DNA of 64,000 nucleotides from an uncultured Actinomycetes bacterium (GCA_963708365.1 CAVPSM010000011.1:67606-131605); one strand, 5' to 3'. Counted from the first letter of the stretch, positions 8,685-20,986 are shown. The notes: a model not told the origin generated them from the sequence alone. Made by a program: numbers and translations.

Positions 8685-10536
8685 CGCCCCAGCCCCGCGT
8701 ACGCGGCTCCCGCCGGCTTCCGACCGTGCGGGGCGTCCGGCGCCGAGCATGGCTGTGGCTGCACGGATCGTCGCCGGGCCTGATGACCCTCGGCGTGGCG
8801 GTAGGCGTCGGCGCAGGCGTCGGCGCCGTCGCCTTCCGCGAACTGATCAACGCCGCGACGCGGCTCTTCACCGGCTACACCGACTACAGCGCCGTCGGAC
8901 ACGCGCCGAATCCGAATCTCCCATCGCTTGGGATCTGGTTCGTGGCGGCCGCGCCCGTGATCGGCGGCCTCATCTACGGGCCGCTGATCGCCCGCTTCGC
9001 CGGCGAGGCGCGAGGCCACGGCGTGCCCGAGGTGATGCTCGCAGTCTCCGAGCAGGGCGGCCGCATCCGCCCACGCGTCGCCGCGGTGAAGTCGCTCGCC
9101 TCGGCGGTCTGTATCGGCTCGGGCGGATCAGTCGGCCGGGAAGGGCCGATCGTGCAGATCGGATCGGCGCTCGGGTCGAGCCTCGGACAGGTGCTGCGGA
9201 TCCCCGAGTCCCGCCTCCGGCTGCTCGTCGCCTGCGGCGCCGCCGGCGGCATCTCGGCCACGTTCAACGCCCCTATCGCCGGCGTCTTCTTCGCCCTCGA
9301 GCTGATCCTGCGCGACTTCGAATCGGAGTCCTTCGGCGTCGTCGTGCTCGCGTCCGTGATCGCCGACGTGATCGGCCGGGCCGCCTTCGGCTCGCAACCG
9401 TTCCTCACCCTCCCGGCCTTCCACCATCAATCGCTCTGGGAGTACGGCCTGTATGCCGGCCTCGGACTCATGGCGGCGGTCGTCGGCATCGTCTTCATCC
9501 GGGTCCTCTACGGGATGGAGGACGTCGCCGATCGGATCTGGCGCGGCCCGGCGTGGCTGCGTCCAGCTGCCGGCGGCGTCCTGCTCGGGCGCGCTGCTGC
9601 TCGCGTTGCCCGCAGCTCTACGGCGTCGGCTACCCGGTCCTCGACCACGCCATCGGCGGCGGACTACACCACCCGGTTCCTGCTCCTGCTGCTCGTCGGG
9701 AAGCTCATCGCCACGAGCCTGACGATCGCCATCGGCGGATCCGGCGGCGTGTTCGCACCATCACTGTTCATGGGCGCGATGCTCGGGCGCCGCCTATGGC
9801 AACGTGCGCCGGGCACGCTCGGTCCCCGGCTCGTCGGCGCCGCCGGGCGCATACGGCCTGGTCGGCGATGGGGGCGGTCTTCGCGGGCGCCGGCCGAGCG
9901 CCGATCACGGCGGTGACTGATCATCTTCGAGCTGACCGGCGACTACCGCATCATCCTGCCCCTGATGGTCGCCGTCGTCATCTCAACTGGCGTCGCCTCC
10001 CTCTCGGCCACGACTCCATCTACACCCTCAAACTCCGCCGCCGCGGCATCCAGCTGCGCCGAAGCCCGACACCCCTGATGCAGCGCCTCACAGTCGCCGA
10101 CGCGATGCGCCGCACCCCAGAGCCCATACCCGCGCAGGCCCGCCTCGCGGCGCTCGTCGACCGGTTCGCGAGCGGACGCGACCAGGCTCTACCCGTAATG
10201 TCAGGCGACGGCACCTACGCCGGGGTGATCACGCTCCACACCCTTGACGACGCCGCCGCTGACCGACCAGACGCCACCGCGGGCGAGCTGGCCGTGCACG
10301 GGAGCACCCTCGATCCCCAGCAACGTCTCGACACCGCACTCGACCTGTTGCTCCGCTCAGACGCCGACGGCCTGCCGGTACTCTCAGCCGACGGCGATAT
10401 CACGGGATGGGTCTCAGACCGCGATGTCCTCGCCGCCTACCAGCGGCTACTCAACCGTGAGCACACCGCAGGCCGTCCCGACGGTGCTCTGAGACGAGCG
10501 TCATCACCGACTGCGGTCGCGACGCCCTCGACCTGA
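8681..10536 (+). CDS. ClC-type voltage-gated chloride channel with C-terminal CBS pair, interrupted by about 5 frameshifts
   Basis: ClC selectivity motifs are present: GSGGSVGREGPIVQIGSALG, GVFFALE, GGSGGVFAPSLFMGAMLG. A third frame reads AVFAGAGRAPITAV then LIIFELTGDYRIILPLMVAVVISTGVASL. The CBS-like tail RLTVADAMRRTPEPIPAQARLAALVDRF...LPVMSGDGTYAGVITLHTL is in ORF 8749..10536. Confidence 0.8.
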
Positions 10537-10977
10537 ACGCCGAAGCAGCACCCGCCCCAATGGCCGCGCACATGCTGCTCTGGTTTCGCATCTGCCTGCG
10601 CCACGCTGGCTCGGAAACCACAAGAAGATCAACCGCGACCCGATCGCGTACCGCTTCGGCCGCGAGCGCTACCTCGAGTGCCTCCCCAAGCGAAGGAAGT
10701 TCGGCCTCGACCTCTCTACGGCGAGGCCGCGCGAGCACTCGGCCTCGCACCGCTTACGCCGGCTACCCGAGCCACGGCCGCCGCAGCATAAACGACGACG
10801 ACAACGCCGCCACCGCCGTGGGCGGCGCCTGCCTCCGTTCTTCGGCCGCGAGCTACGAAAGACTCCGAGCGGCCGACGCCCCTCTCATCTCTGCCCTCCC
10901 GCAGCCCGATGGCCTGTGGAGCCCCTACTTCCGTATCACGGGCCGAGTTATGAGAGCAGAAATGAGAGGAGCGGAGA

Positions 10978-11050
10978 TGGAGCTAGTCGGGCTCGAACCG
11001 ACGACCTCCACGCTGCCAGCGTGGCGCTCTCCCAGCTGAGCTATAGCCCC
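10978..11050 (-). tRNA. tRNA-Ala (anticodon GGC)
   Basis: Reverse complement GGGGCTATAGCTCAGCTGGGAGAGCGCCACGCTGGCAGCGTGGAGGTCGTCGGTTCGAGCCCGACTAGCTCCA folds as a 73-nt cloverleaf. It has the G3:U70 Ala identity pair and anticodon loop CTGGCAG. Confidence 0.9.
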
Positions 11051-11623
11051 AGATCGGGGCGCAGTATAGCCCCGCTCACCGCCGGCACCAGCGGCCCGGC
11101 CGGGTGCACGGCCATCCCGCGCGGCTCGGCGAGCCGCTCCAGGACGAGCGCGGTGTCGGCGATCGGCACGCCGGAGAGGTGCTGGTCGCGCGCCTCGAAG
11201 TCGGCCACGATCTCGGCCAGCGCAGCCGCGTAGGCCGGCCGGTCGCCGGCGCCGAGCGCCGCCAGGGCACGGCCGGCGCGCGCGAACGAGTCGCCGGCGG
11301 CGAGCATCGCATCGACATCCGGCGTCTGACCGAGCGTCACCTGTGCCAGAGCCCGCACGTAGGCCGACGCCGGCAGACTCCGCATCGCGGGTCTCGGCGA
11401 GCGACTGGTGGGCGATCGCCTCCGCCTCATCGCCCGCCAGAATCGCCATCTTGAGCGCGCCCAGCAGCCGGCCCCAGCTGCGCGGCCCGGTCTCGGCGTG
11501 CGACGCCAGGTAGGCGTCGCGGGCGCGCACGAGCGCCGGCCCGGCATCCCCGCCGGCGAGCAGGCCGCGGTAGGCGTCGGCCTCGGCGGCGAGCGCCGCG
11601 TTCAGGAGCTGCCCGGCGCTCAC
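11041..11623 (-). CDS. hypothetical Ala-rich protein, one frameshift
   Basis: The GTG start overlaps the upstream stop (GTGA at 11620-11623). N-part VSAGQLLNAALAAEADAYRGLLAGGDAGPALVRARDAYLASHAETGPRSWGRLLGALKMAILAGDEAEAIAHQSLAE is in ORF 10925..11701. It continues as LPASAYVRALAQVTLGQTPDVDAMLAAGDSFARAG...ADFEARDQHLSGVPIADTALVLERL in ORF 11041..11547. Confidence 0.45.
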
Positions 11624-12027
11624 CCGAGCGGCTTCCGGCCGGCGAACCCCTCGTCGGGCGAGTGCCAGAACGCGATCCGCTCCTCGCCGACGTGCCAGCA
11701 CAGCAGCGCGTCCTGGCCGTCGACCTCTGCCGGAAAGTCGATCAGGCCGCGGTCCATGTCCTTCACCTGCACGCCCTCGGCGGTGAACCTCCCGACGATC
11801 TCCTGCAGCTCGGCGTGCGATGCCTCCACGGCGGCGCGCAGGTCGCGTACCTCTGGCCGCTCCATGTTGCCGCCGTTCGAGCCGATCGCGATCACGAGCT
11901 TGCGCCAGCGGGCCTCGAGATCACGGCTCTTCGCGCGCTCCTCGACCATCCGCTCCGCCAGCGCGCGGAGCTCCGCGTCGAGGAGCTGTTGCGCCTCGAG
12001 AAGTGTGAACCGCCGCTCCTGCTCCAC
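11620..12027 (-). CDS. DUF2203 family protein
   Basis: 135 aa from a GTG start: ERRFTLLEAQQLLDAEL ... GVQVKDMDRGLIDFPAEVDGQDALLCWHVGEERIAFWHSPDEGFAGRKPLG. This matches the conserved DUF2203 C-terminal signature (LCW..GE..I.yWH....GfaGRkP). Confidence 0.6.
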   Translation of the reverse strand: MEQERRFTLLEAQQLLDAELRALAERMVEERAKSRDLEARWRKLVIAIGSNGGNMERPEVRDLRAAVEASHAELQEIVGRFTAEGVQVKDMDRGLIDFPAEVDGQDALLCWHVGEERIAFWHSPDEGFAGRKPLG

Positions 12028-12032
12028 CGGGG

Positions 12033-12407
12033 CTACCCGGCCGCGTACGTCTCGCTGGGCACCTGGCCCCACAGCGCCTCGAGCCGGTAGAACGACCGCG
12101 CCTCGGGCGTGAAGACGTGCACGACCACGTCCAGGTAGTCGAGCAGGATCCAGTCGCCCTGGCGGTGCCCCTCCACCCGCCGGGGCATCAGCCGGTCGCG
12201 CTTCAGGCGTCTCCGCGATCTGGTCGGCGATCGCCTGCGTCTGCCGGGGGTTTCGCCCGGAGCAGATCACGAAATGGTCCGTGTAGCTGACGACGTCGCG
12301 CATGTCCAGGATCACGATGTCGATGGCGAGCTTCTCCGCCGCCAGGGACGCGATGCGATGCGCGAGCTGGGTGGTGTCTGTCAGGCGCTGATCCCCATCG
12401 AACGCGA

Positions 12408-12411
<4 letters not shown>
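12033..12411 (-). CDS. rsfS: ribosomal silencing factor RsfS (iojap-like), one frameshift; start uncertain
   Basis: [45 protein letters not shown] continues, after one extra C near 12205-12212, as [48 protein letters not shown]. No canonical start codon is visible at the expected N-terminus. Confidence 0.75.
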
Positions 12412-14534
<2,123 letters not shown>

Positions 14535-14544
<10 letters not shown>

Positions 14545-15036
14545 CGCCCGCGTCCTCCTTCTTCGCCCTCGGGCGCCGCGGCTTCGGCGCGGGCTTCTCG
14601 GCGGCCTCGGCCTTCGGCTTCGCCGCCGCCCGCGGCTTGGCGGCCGCCTTGGGCTTGGGCTTCGGCTTCTCCGCGGCCGGCTTGGCCTCGGCCTTCTCGG
14701 GCTCCGCCTTGCGGGCCGGGCCGCTTCTTGGCCGGCCGCCGATCGACTCGACCGAGATGCGGGACAGCTCCGAGCGATGGCCGCGCGTCTTGCTGGTAGC
14801 CGCGCTTCGGCTTGAACTTGAACACCTTGATCTTCTCGCCGCGCAGGTGCTCGACGACCTGCACCGAGACGGCGCCCTCGAGCTTCGAACGGTCGGTGAC
14901 GACCTCGTCGCCGCCGGTCATCAGGACCTCAGGCGAGAACGCGCTCGCCCGGCGTCCACGGCTGCCGGTCGACCAGGAGCTTCTGGCCCTGCTCGACCCG
15001 GTACTGCTTGCCGCCGATCTTGATCACCGCATACAT
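14535..15036 (-). CDS. rplU: 50S ribosomal protein L21 with Lys/Ala/Pro-rich C-terminal extension, 2 frameshifts
   Basis: Three pieces: [24 protein letters not shown]; [48 protein letters not shown]; [85 protein letters not shown]. The stop overlaps the rpmA start. Confidence 0.85.
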
Positions 15037-17562
15037 GAGCGCGCGGAACGGTTCCAGAGCGCCGCGCGCGCTCGCGGGCGCCAGGATGCTTCCCCAGCAG
15101 GCCGCGCTTGCGCTCGCCCGCCGCACCGCCGTCGCCGTCCGCAGCGGCTCGCTGCCGGCGGCCGGCTCGGGCGTCGGCGCCGAGGCCGGCGCCGGGCGTC
15201 GGCTGCGCGGCGCGGCGGCCCGCGTCGGAAGCAGCCGCGGCCTCGGCGGTCTTCTTGGCCGGTGCGCGCGCGGCGTGTCCGCGGCTTCGGCGCGCCGGCG
15301 GCGTCGTCCGCCGGCGGCATCCGCCGCGGCCGGGCGCGTGCGGCTCGTCCGCAGCCGCGGCGGACGGCGCCACTCCCCGGTCGGCCGGCGCCACTCCCCG
15401 TCGGCGGGCGCCGCGCCGTCGCGCTGCAGCGGCGGCCGACTTCGACCGTCCGCGCCCACCGCGCTTACCGCGTCGGCGCTGCTTCGTCGGCCGTCTCCTC
15501 GCCGCCTCGACCGCGGTCGCATCGACCACGTCGGCATCGGCGGCCGGCCCTGCCTCGACCGCCGCCTCGTCCGCTTCTCGTCGGCTGCCTTGGCCTCGGC
15601 TGCCTCGGCCGTCGCCGACTTCGCGCGCGACCGCCGCCGCGGCTTCGGCCTCTCGGGCGCGGCCTCGTCGGTCGGCCTCGGCGTCCGCCGCCTCGTCGCT
15701 GGCGGTCGACGCCGCCGCTGCGGCTCGTCTTCGCCGGCGTCTTGCGGCGCGCGCGCGGCCGCGGCCGCGCTGCTCCAGCTCCAGCCGCTCGCCGACCTCG
15801 CGGTCGAACTCGGGGAGCTCGAAGTCGCCGGGCTCCGGCGGCAGGTCGATCGCCGTCGGCTTGGCGTCGAGCAGCGACGCATAGGCCGTCGTGCGCGTGG
15901 CCCGGTCGATGCGCACCTTGTGCTGCTGGCCGACGTAGCCGATCGCGCCCCCGACGACGACCGGGTATCCGCCGTCGAGGCGGGCAACGCCGTCGGTGAG
16001 GTTGTACATGTGCGGCTCGGAGATCTGCACCGACTTCTCGTCGCCGTCCTTGACCGCCAGGCCGTCGCCGTCGACCTCGGCGCGCGTGCCCTCGCGGATC
16101 AGCTCGACCTCCTCGAGCGGCATGCCGCTCGACCGGCTCGAGCGTGAACAGCTTGCCGGTCTCGCGCTCGAGCTCGAGCAGCTTCATCTCCGCCCGGCGC
16201 CGACGAGGCCGGACGCGACCTTCGCGTTCATCTTGACGAGGAACGCCTCGGAGCCGGACGAGCGGGCGAGCCGGCGCAGCCGGCGCTCCGCCTCGACCGC
16301 CATCGTCTGCTCGGAGAGCACGAGGCCCTCGCCGCCGCAGGTCGGGCAGGTGCGGGTGAGGATCTCGCGCACGCCCGTCGGTCACGTTCTGGCGCGTCAT
16401 CTCGACGAGGCCGAGCGGCGAGATCTCGACCAGGTAGGTCTTCGTGCGGTCGTGCTCGAGCTCGGACTGCAGCACCTTCAGCACCTCGGCGCGGTTCTTC
16501 GCCGACGCCATGTCGATGAAGTCGATGACGATGATCCCGCCGATGTCGCGCAGCCGCAGCTGGCGCATGACCTCGCGCGCGGCCTCGATGTTGTTGCGCG
16601 TGATCGTGTCCTCGAGCCGGCCCGACTAGCCGACGAACCGGCCGGTGTTGACGTCGATGACGGTGAACGCCTCGGCGTAGTCGAAGATCAGGTAGCCGCC
16701 GGAGGGCAGGTCGACCCGCCGGTTCAGCGTCGAGAGGATCGCCTGGTCGACGCCGTGGCGCTCGAACAGCGGGACGCTGTCGGTGTGGAGCTTGATCCGG
16801 TCGGCGAACTCCGGCTGCGTCGTGCGCACCCAGCCCAGGATGCGGCGGTACTGGCGCTCGGAGTCGACGATCACCTCGTCGACGTTGCGTGCCAGCAGGT
16901 CGCGGATCACCTGAGCGAGAGGTCGGCCTCGCGTAGACGAGGCTCGGCAGCTTGGCCGGCTTGGCCCGCGCCTCGACCTGCGCCCACATCTTGTGCAGGA
17001 AGCGCAGGTCGCGCTCGAGGTCCTCGGCGGTGGCGCCGGCTGCGGCGGTGCGAACGATGATGCCGCCGTCGTCCTGCTCGAGCGCCTTCGCCAGCTTGCG
17101 CAGCCGCTCGCGCTCGCCGTCGGGCAGGCGCCGGGACACGCCGGAGCCCTCGCCGTGCGGCGAGAGCACGAGGAACCGGCCTGCGATGGAGAGCTCCATC
17201 GTGACGCGCGGCCCCTTCGTGCCCATCGAGTCCTTGACGACCTGGACGAGCACCTCCTGGCCGGGCTTCAGCAGCTCGTCGATCTTGCGCCGACGGCGCG
17301 ACTTGGGGTCCTGGCCGGGCACGACGACGTCGTCGACGTACAGGAAGCCGTTGCTGGGCAGCCCGAGGTCGACGAACGCCGCCTCCATGCCGCGCAGGAC
17401 GTTGTCGATCTTGCCCTTGTAGATGTTGCCGGCCAGAGAGCCCTCGCCGCGGCGCTCGATCAGCGCCTCGACGGTGCGGCCCTCCTCGATCACGGCCACC
17501 CGCAGCTCGGACAGGTCGACCGAGATCAGGATTGTCTTGGAAACGTTGGATGTGAGTGTCAA
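15024..17562 (-). CDS. rne: ribonuclease E/G family endoribonuclease with TRAM-like domain and Arg/Ala-rich tail, at least 5 frameshifts; 3' end uncertain
   Basis: S1 domain GNIYKGKIDNVLRGMEAAFVDLG. Catalytic core pieces GYLIFDYAEAFTVIDVNTGRFVG and LRDIGGIIVIDFIDMASAKNRAEVLKVLQSELEHDRTKTYLVEISPLGLVEMTRQ. Zn-link TCPTCGGEGLV. Then GVARLDGGYPVVVGGAIGYVGQQHKVRIDRATRTTAYASLL, followed by a low-complexity R/A/E tail. TTG start at 17560-17562. Confidence 0.85.
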
Positions 17563-18206
17563 GTGCGTGCTCCTACCGGCTGGGGACGCAGATCGATCCG
17601 CGTCCGCACCAGCCGCTTGATGGTCGCGGTGCGACCGGCGAAGCCGGCGACCGCCTGTGTGATCTCGTCCGGGCGGGCGGTGCCGGCGTCGGTCATCCGA
17701 AGCAGCATCCGCAGCAGGCCCGGCTCGTGCTCGATGCTCGAGCAGTAACGGGTGACGTCCACCGTGCGGTCGGGCTTGCCGGGGGCGGTTCGCACCACCT
17801 CGCAGCTCTCCGCGGCCGCAAACGCGCGCAGCGCACGCTCCCAGTCGACGTCCTCTTCAACTTCCACCTCGTACTCGGCCGCATCGACGCGCGCGGCCGC
17901 CTTCGGGCCCTCTGCGGGCTCGACGGCGACGACGGCGATGCCGTGCGGCAGCTGGGCGTCCAGTCGCTCGGCCACCTCGGCCGGGTCGTGGTCGCCGTGC
18001 AGGGCGACGTCGGCCAGGTCGGCCTGCGCCTGCACACCCACGGCCCGCGGCAACGCCAGCGAGATCACGGGGCGGGGCTTCATGCCCTTTGACAGGGCGA
18101 TGTCGTACCCGGCGCGCCGCAGCGCGCCGAGCATGGTGTCAACGGTCTCGAGGTGCGACAGGAAGCGCGCGCGCCCGGAGACCGCAAAGGTAATTCGATA
18201 TGTCAA
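17559..18206 (-). CDS. DUF2344 / TIGR03936-type radical-SAM-linked protein
   Basis: 215 aa. MTYRITFAVSGRARFLSHLETVDTMLGALRRAGYDIALSKGMKPRPVISLALPRAVGV matches the conserved DUF2344 N-terminus. The stop TGA overlaps the rne TTG start. Confidence 0.8.
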   Translation of the reverse strand: MTYRITFAVSGRARFLSHLETVDTMLGALRRAGYDIALSKGMKPRPVISLALPRAVGVQAQADLADVALHGDHDPAEVAERLDAQLPHGIAVVAVEPAEGPKAAARVDAAEYEVEVEEDVDWERALRAFAAAESCEVVRTAPGKPDRTVDVTRYCSSIEHEPGLLRMLLRMTDAGTARPDEITQAVAGFAGRTATIKRLVRTRIDLRPQPVGART

Positions 18207-18258
18207 ATCTTCTGCTCAGCTTTCACCCGCCGGCCGTTCGGGGTCAGACCCCGGCCGG

Positions 18259-20025
18259 TCAGTTCACCAATCTATTGCGGACGGGACCAAAACACGCACC
18301 ACAGTCGGTGCATCCGTCCCAGCGGCAGTCGCCCGTCGCCACCTCGGCGCGGCTCTGCCCCCACTCGTCCAGCAGGAACTCCTTGGAGATGCCCGAGCGC
18401 ACGTGATCCCACGGCAGCTCGTCCCACTCTCCGAACGCCCGGGTGGCCTGCTCGTCGATGCTCGTCCCGGCGGCCGCAAACGCCGCCTCCCAGGCATCCT
18501 CCCGGTACATCTCGCTCCAGGCGTCGAAACGGGCTCCGCCGCGCCACGCCGCCTCGATCACGTCTGCAATCTCCTCGCCGCCGCGCGCGAGCGCCCCCTC
18601 GAGCATCGAGGTGCGCAGGTCGTGCAGCGACAGCCGTATCTGCCGGGTCGGCATCGCCCGGCGCATGTACGCCTGCTTGGCCGCCAGCTGCATCCGGCTC
18701 GACATGCCCTCCCACTGGAAGGGCGTGTGCGGCTTCGGCACGAAGTTCGAGGCGCTCACGTGCACCGAGAAGCGTCCGCCGCCCGGCCGCACCCGGCGCC
18801 CGATCTCACGCGCCCTGATCCCGAGGTCGACGATGCCCTGCACCTCGTCGTGCGTCTCGTGAGGCAGGCCGATCATGAAGTACATCTTCAGGCTCGTGTA
18901 CCCAGCCTTGAAGGCCGCCTCGATCGCCTGCTCGATCATCTCGTCGGTGATCGTCTTGCAGATGATGTCGCGCATCCGCTGCGTCGCCGCCTCCGGCGCC
19001 AGCGTGATCGAGCTCTGGCGCGCGTTGGCAGCCGCCGTGAGGGCGACCGGGCCGGTGTCGACGCGGTTCGACGGCAGCGACAGATGGAGCGTCGGCAGGC
19101 GCGTCTTGATCTTCTCGATCGCGGGGACGATCCCGGTGTAGTCGCTGCTCGCGAGCGACGTCAGCGACAGCTCGTCGTAGCCGGTGCAGGAGAGCTGCGC
19201 GAGCCCGGCCTCGACGACCTCGTCGGGCGGGCGCTCGCGCACCGGCCGGTACCAGGTGCCTGCGTGGCAGAAGCGGCAGCCGCGTGTGCAGCCGCGCATG
19301 ACCTCGACGGAGGCACGCGCGAAGATGGCCGACGAATATGGCACGACGACCCGGATCGGGTGCGTGTCGATGCCAAATTCGGCGTACACCGCCCGCTCGA
19401 CCGGGTGGCGGCCGCGGGACGGCACGTACAGGTAGGGGTTCTCGGCCAGCCGCGCCAGCCGTTCGGCCCGGCCGGGCACGGCGGCGATCACGTCGAGCAC
19501 GGCGTCGAACGCCCGCTCGGACTCGCCCATGAAGACGGCGTCGAAGAACGGCGCCAGCGGCGCGGGGTTGGACGCGCTCGGGCCGCCGGCGACGACGATC
19601 GGGTCGCCCTCGCCGCGTTCGGCCGCCCGCAGCGGGATCCCGGCCAGGTCGAGCACTTCGAGGACGTTCGAGTAGGTCAGCTCGGCCTGGAGCGTGATGC
19701 CGAGCAGGTCGGCCTCGCGCACCGGCCGCCACGACTCGAGCGTGAACAGCGGCAGGCCCTGGCGGCGCATCGCGTCGGCCATGTCGGGCCACGGGCAGTA
19801 GACGCGCTCGGCCGCCATCCCGTCGCGCCCGTTCACCTGCTGGTAGAGGATCTGGAGCGCCTGGTTGGAGATCCCGATCTCGTACGCGTCGGGGTAGCAG
19901 AGGGCGACGAGCGAGGTCGCCTGCGGCTTGCGAACCTGATTCGCCTCGCCGCCGATATACCGGGACGGCTTCTGCACCGTCTCCAGCACGGCCTCGATTC
20001 TGTCCTCGAGCAGCGCGTTGCCCAT
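18259..20025 (-). CDS. radical SAM protein, TIGR03960-like (B12-binding-like N-domain plus radical SAM core)
   Basis: 588 aa with a CxxxCxxC cluster motif in MRGCTRGCRFCHAGTWYRP. It is paired with DUF2344 downstream. Confidence 0.85.
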   Translation of the reverse strand: MGNALLEDRIEAVLETVQKPSRYIGGEANQVRKPQATSLVALCYPDAYEIGISNQALQILYQQVNGRDGMAAERVYCPWPDMADAMRRQGLPLFTLESWRPVREADLLGITLQAELTYSNVLEVLDLAGIPLRAAERGEGDPIVVAGGPSASNPAPLAPFFDAVFMGESERAFDAVLDVIAAVPGRAERLARLAENPYLYVPSRGRHPVERAVYAEFGIDTHPIRVVVPYSSAIFARASVEVMRGCTRGCRFCHAGTWYRPVRERPPDEVVEAGLAQLSCTGYDELSLTSLASSDYTGIVPAIEKIKTRLPTLHLSLPSNRVDTGPVALTAAANARQSSITLAPEAATQRMRDIICKTITDEMIEQAIEAAFKAGYTSLKMYFMIGLPHETHDEVQGIVDLGIRAREIGRRVRPGGGRFSVHVSASNFVPKPHTPFQWEGMSSRMQLAAKQAYMRRAMPTRQIRLSLHDLRTSMLEGALARGGEEIADVIEAAWRGGARFDAWSEMYREDAWEAAFAAAGTSIDEQATRAFGEWDELPWDHVRSGISKEFLLDEWGQSRAEVATGDCRWDGCTDCGACFGPVRNRLVN

Positions 20026-20074
20026 CGTCTCGGATGGTAGTCGACAGCGTTAGGGACAGTCCCCTAGCAATTTG

Positions 20075-20986
20075 TCAGCCGCGGAGCTCTTCAGCCTTCT
20101 CGCGCAGGTGGGCGACGCTCGCGGGGGCGCCGCGCTCGAAGTATTCGACGGCGGCGCGGCCCAGACCCAGCGTGCCGGAATAGGCGACACCGCCCTTCAC
20201 CACCCAGCCGGCGATCGGCACCATGTCGAGCAGCTCACGCGCCGCGGCGCGCAGCCCGAAGCCGGCGCCGAGCAGCGTCAGGAGCTCGACGGCGCGGTCG
20301 GGGCCGATCTCGACGCCGTAGCAGACCCCGATCTGGAGCACCATCCGCATCTCGACGGCGGTCAGCAGCGGCAGGTCGGCCCCGGGGATCCAGATGGCGG
20401 CGGCGATCAGCGCGTTGCGGCGCGACGACGTCTCGATGATCGACTCGACGACCGCCTTGCGCAGCGCCGGCAGCCGGGTGGCGAGCGCCGGGCCGGAATG
20501 CCCCGCCTTCTTCGCGATCTCGTGCAGCACGCGCTTCTCGGGGAAGTGGCCGCGCTTCACCGCCAGGACGTTCTCGGGCTCGACGCCGCGCACGCGGGCG
20601 GCCTCGACCGAGGCGTCCATCGGCAGCTCGACGCCCTCGAGCACGACGAGCAGCGGCCGTCCCAGCCGGCCGACCACCTCGAGGTCGGCGCGGGTCTCGT
20701 CGTCGAGGCGGTGGGTCGCCTCGCCCCCGTAGACGACCACGGACGCGCGCCGCAGCTGGTCGCGGTCTTCGGGCCGCAACCGCCGGATCGCGTACGCCTC
20801 GACGGCCGAGCTGTTGCTGAGCTTCGCCTCGAGCAGCGCCGCCCGCACCTGCTCGACCGGGTTCGACCGACCGCACAGGATGATCGGGCCGACCCCGGCC
20901 GACGCCTCGCCCACGTCGTGCAGCACCTTCTGCGCCATCGTCACCGAGCCCACCGCCCCGAACTTCTGGTCGTTCTTCTTGCTCAC
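20075..20986 (-). CDS. hypothetical protein: degenerate GTPase-like N-domain plus DUF697-like C-terminal membrane-associated domain
   Basis: 303 aa. The C-terminal ALIAAAIWIPGADLPLLTAVEMRMVLQIGVCYG resembles the DUF697 core. The N-terminal GPIILCGRSNP sits where a P-loop would be but lacks GKS/T. Confidence 0.5.
   Translation of the reverse strand: MSKKNDQKFGAVGSVTMAQKVLHDVGEASAGVGPIILCGRSNPVEQVRAALLEAKLSNSSAVEAYAIRRLRPEDRDQLRRASVVVYGGEATHRLDDETRADLEVVGRLGRPLLVVLEGVELPMDASVEAARVRGVEPENVLAVKRGHFPEKRVLHEIAKKAGHSGPALATRLPALRKAVVESIIETSSRRNALIAAAIWIPGADLPLLTAVEMRMVLQIGVCYGVEIGPDRAVELLTLLGAGFGLRAAARELLDMVPIAGWVVKGGVAYSGTLGLGRAAVEYFERGAPASVAHLREKAEELRG

Noticed and set aside
8600-8700. Looked for a fluoride (crcB-type) riboswitch or other leader upstream of the ClC channel gene
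   Set aside because: The ClC ATG overlaps the TetR stop (ATGA), so there is no untranslated leader in which a riboswitch could sit.
10537-10977. About 440 bp without a convincing gene between ClC and tRNA-Ala; considered an IS or integrase remnant next to the tRNA
   Set aside because: Translations in all frames (for example WLGNHKKINRDPIAYRFGRERYLECLPKRRKF) match no transposase or integrase motif that I can recognise. There are no terminal inverted repeats or direct repeats of the tRNA 3' end. Left unannotated.
15100-15900. Repetitive GC-rich stretch with short tandem units; checked as a possible CRISPR or minisatellite
   Set aside because: The units are short (20-21 nt), imperfect, not spaced by unique spacers, and lie inside the Arg/Ala-rich coding tail of rne. 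This is coding low complexity, not an array.
17752-20040. 762-aa forward ORF opposite the radical SAM and DUF2344 genes
   Set aside because: Antisense shadow ORF. The reverse-strand proteins carry clear family motifs (CxxxCxxC, DUF2344 N-terminus).
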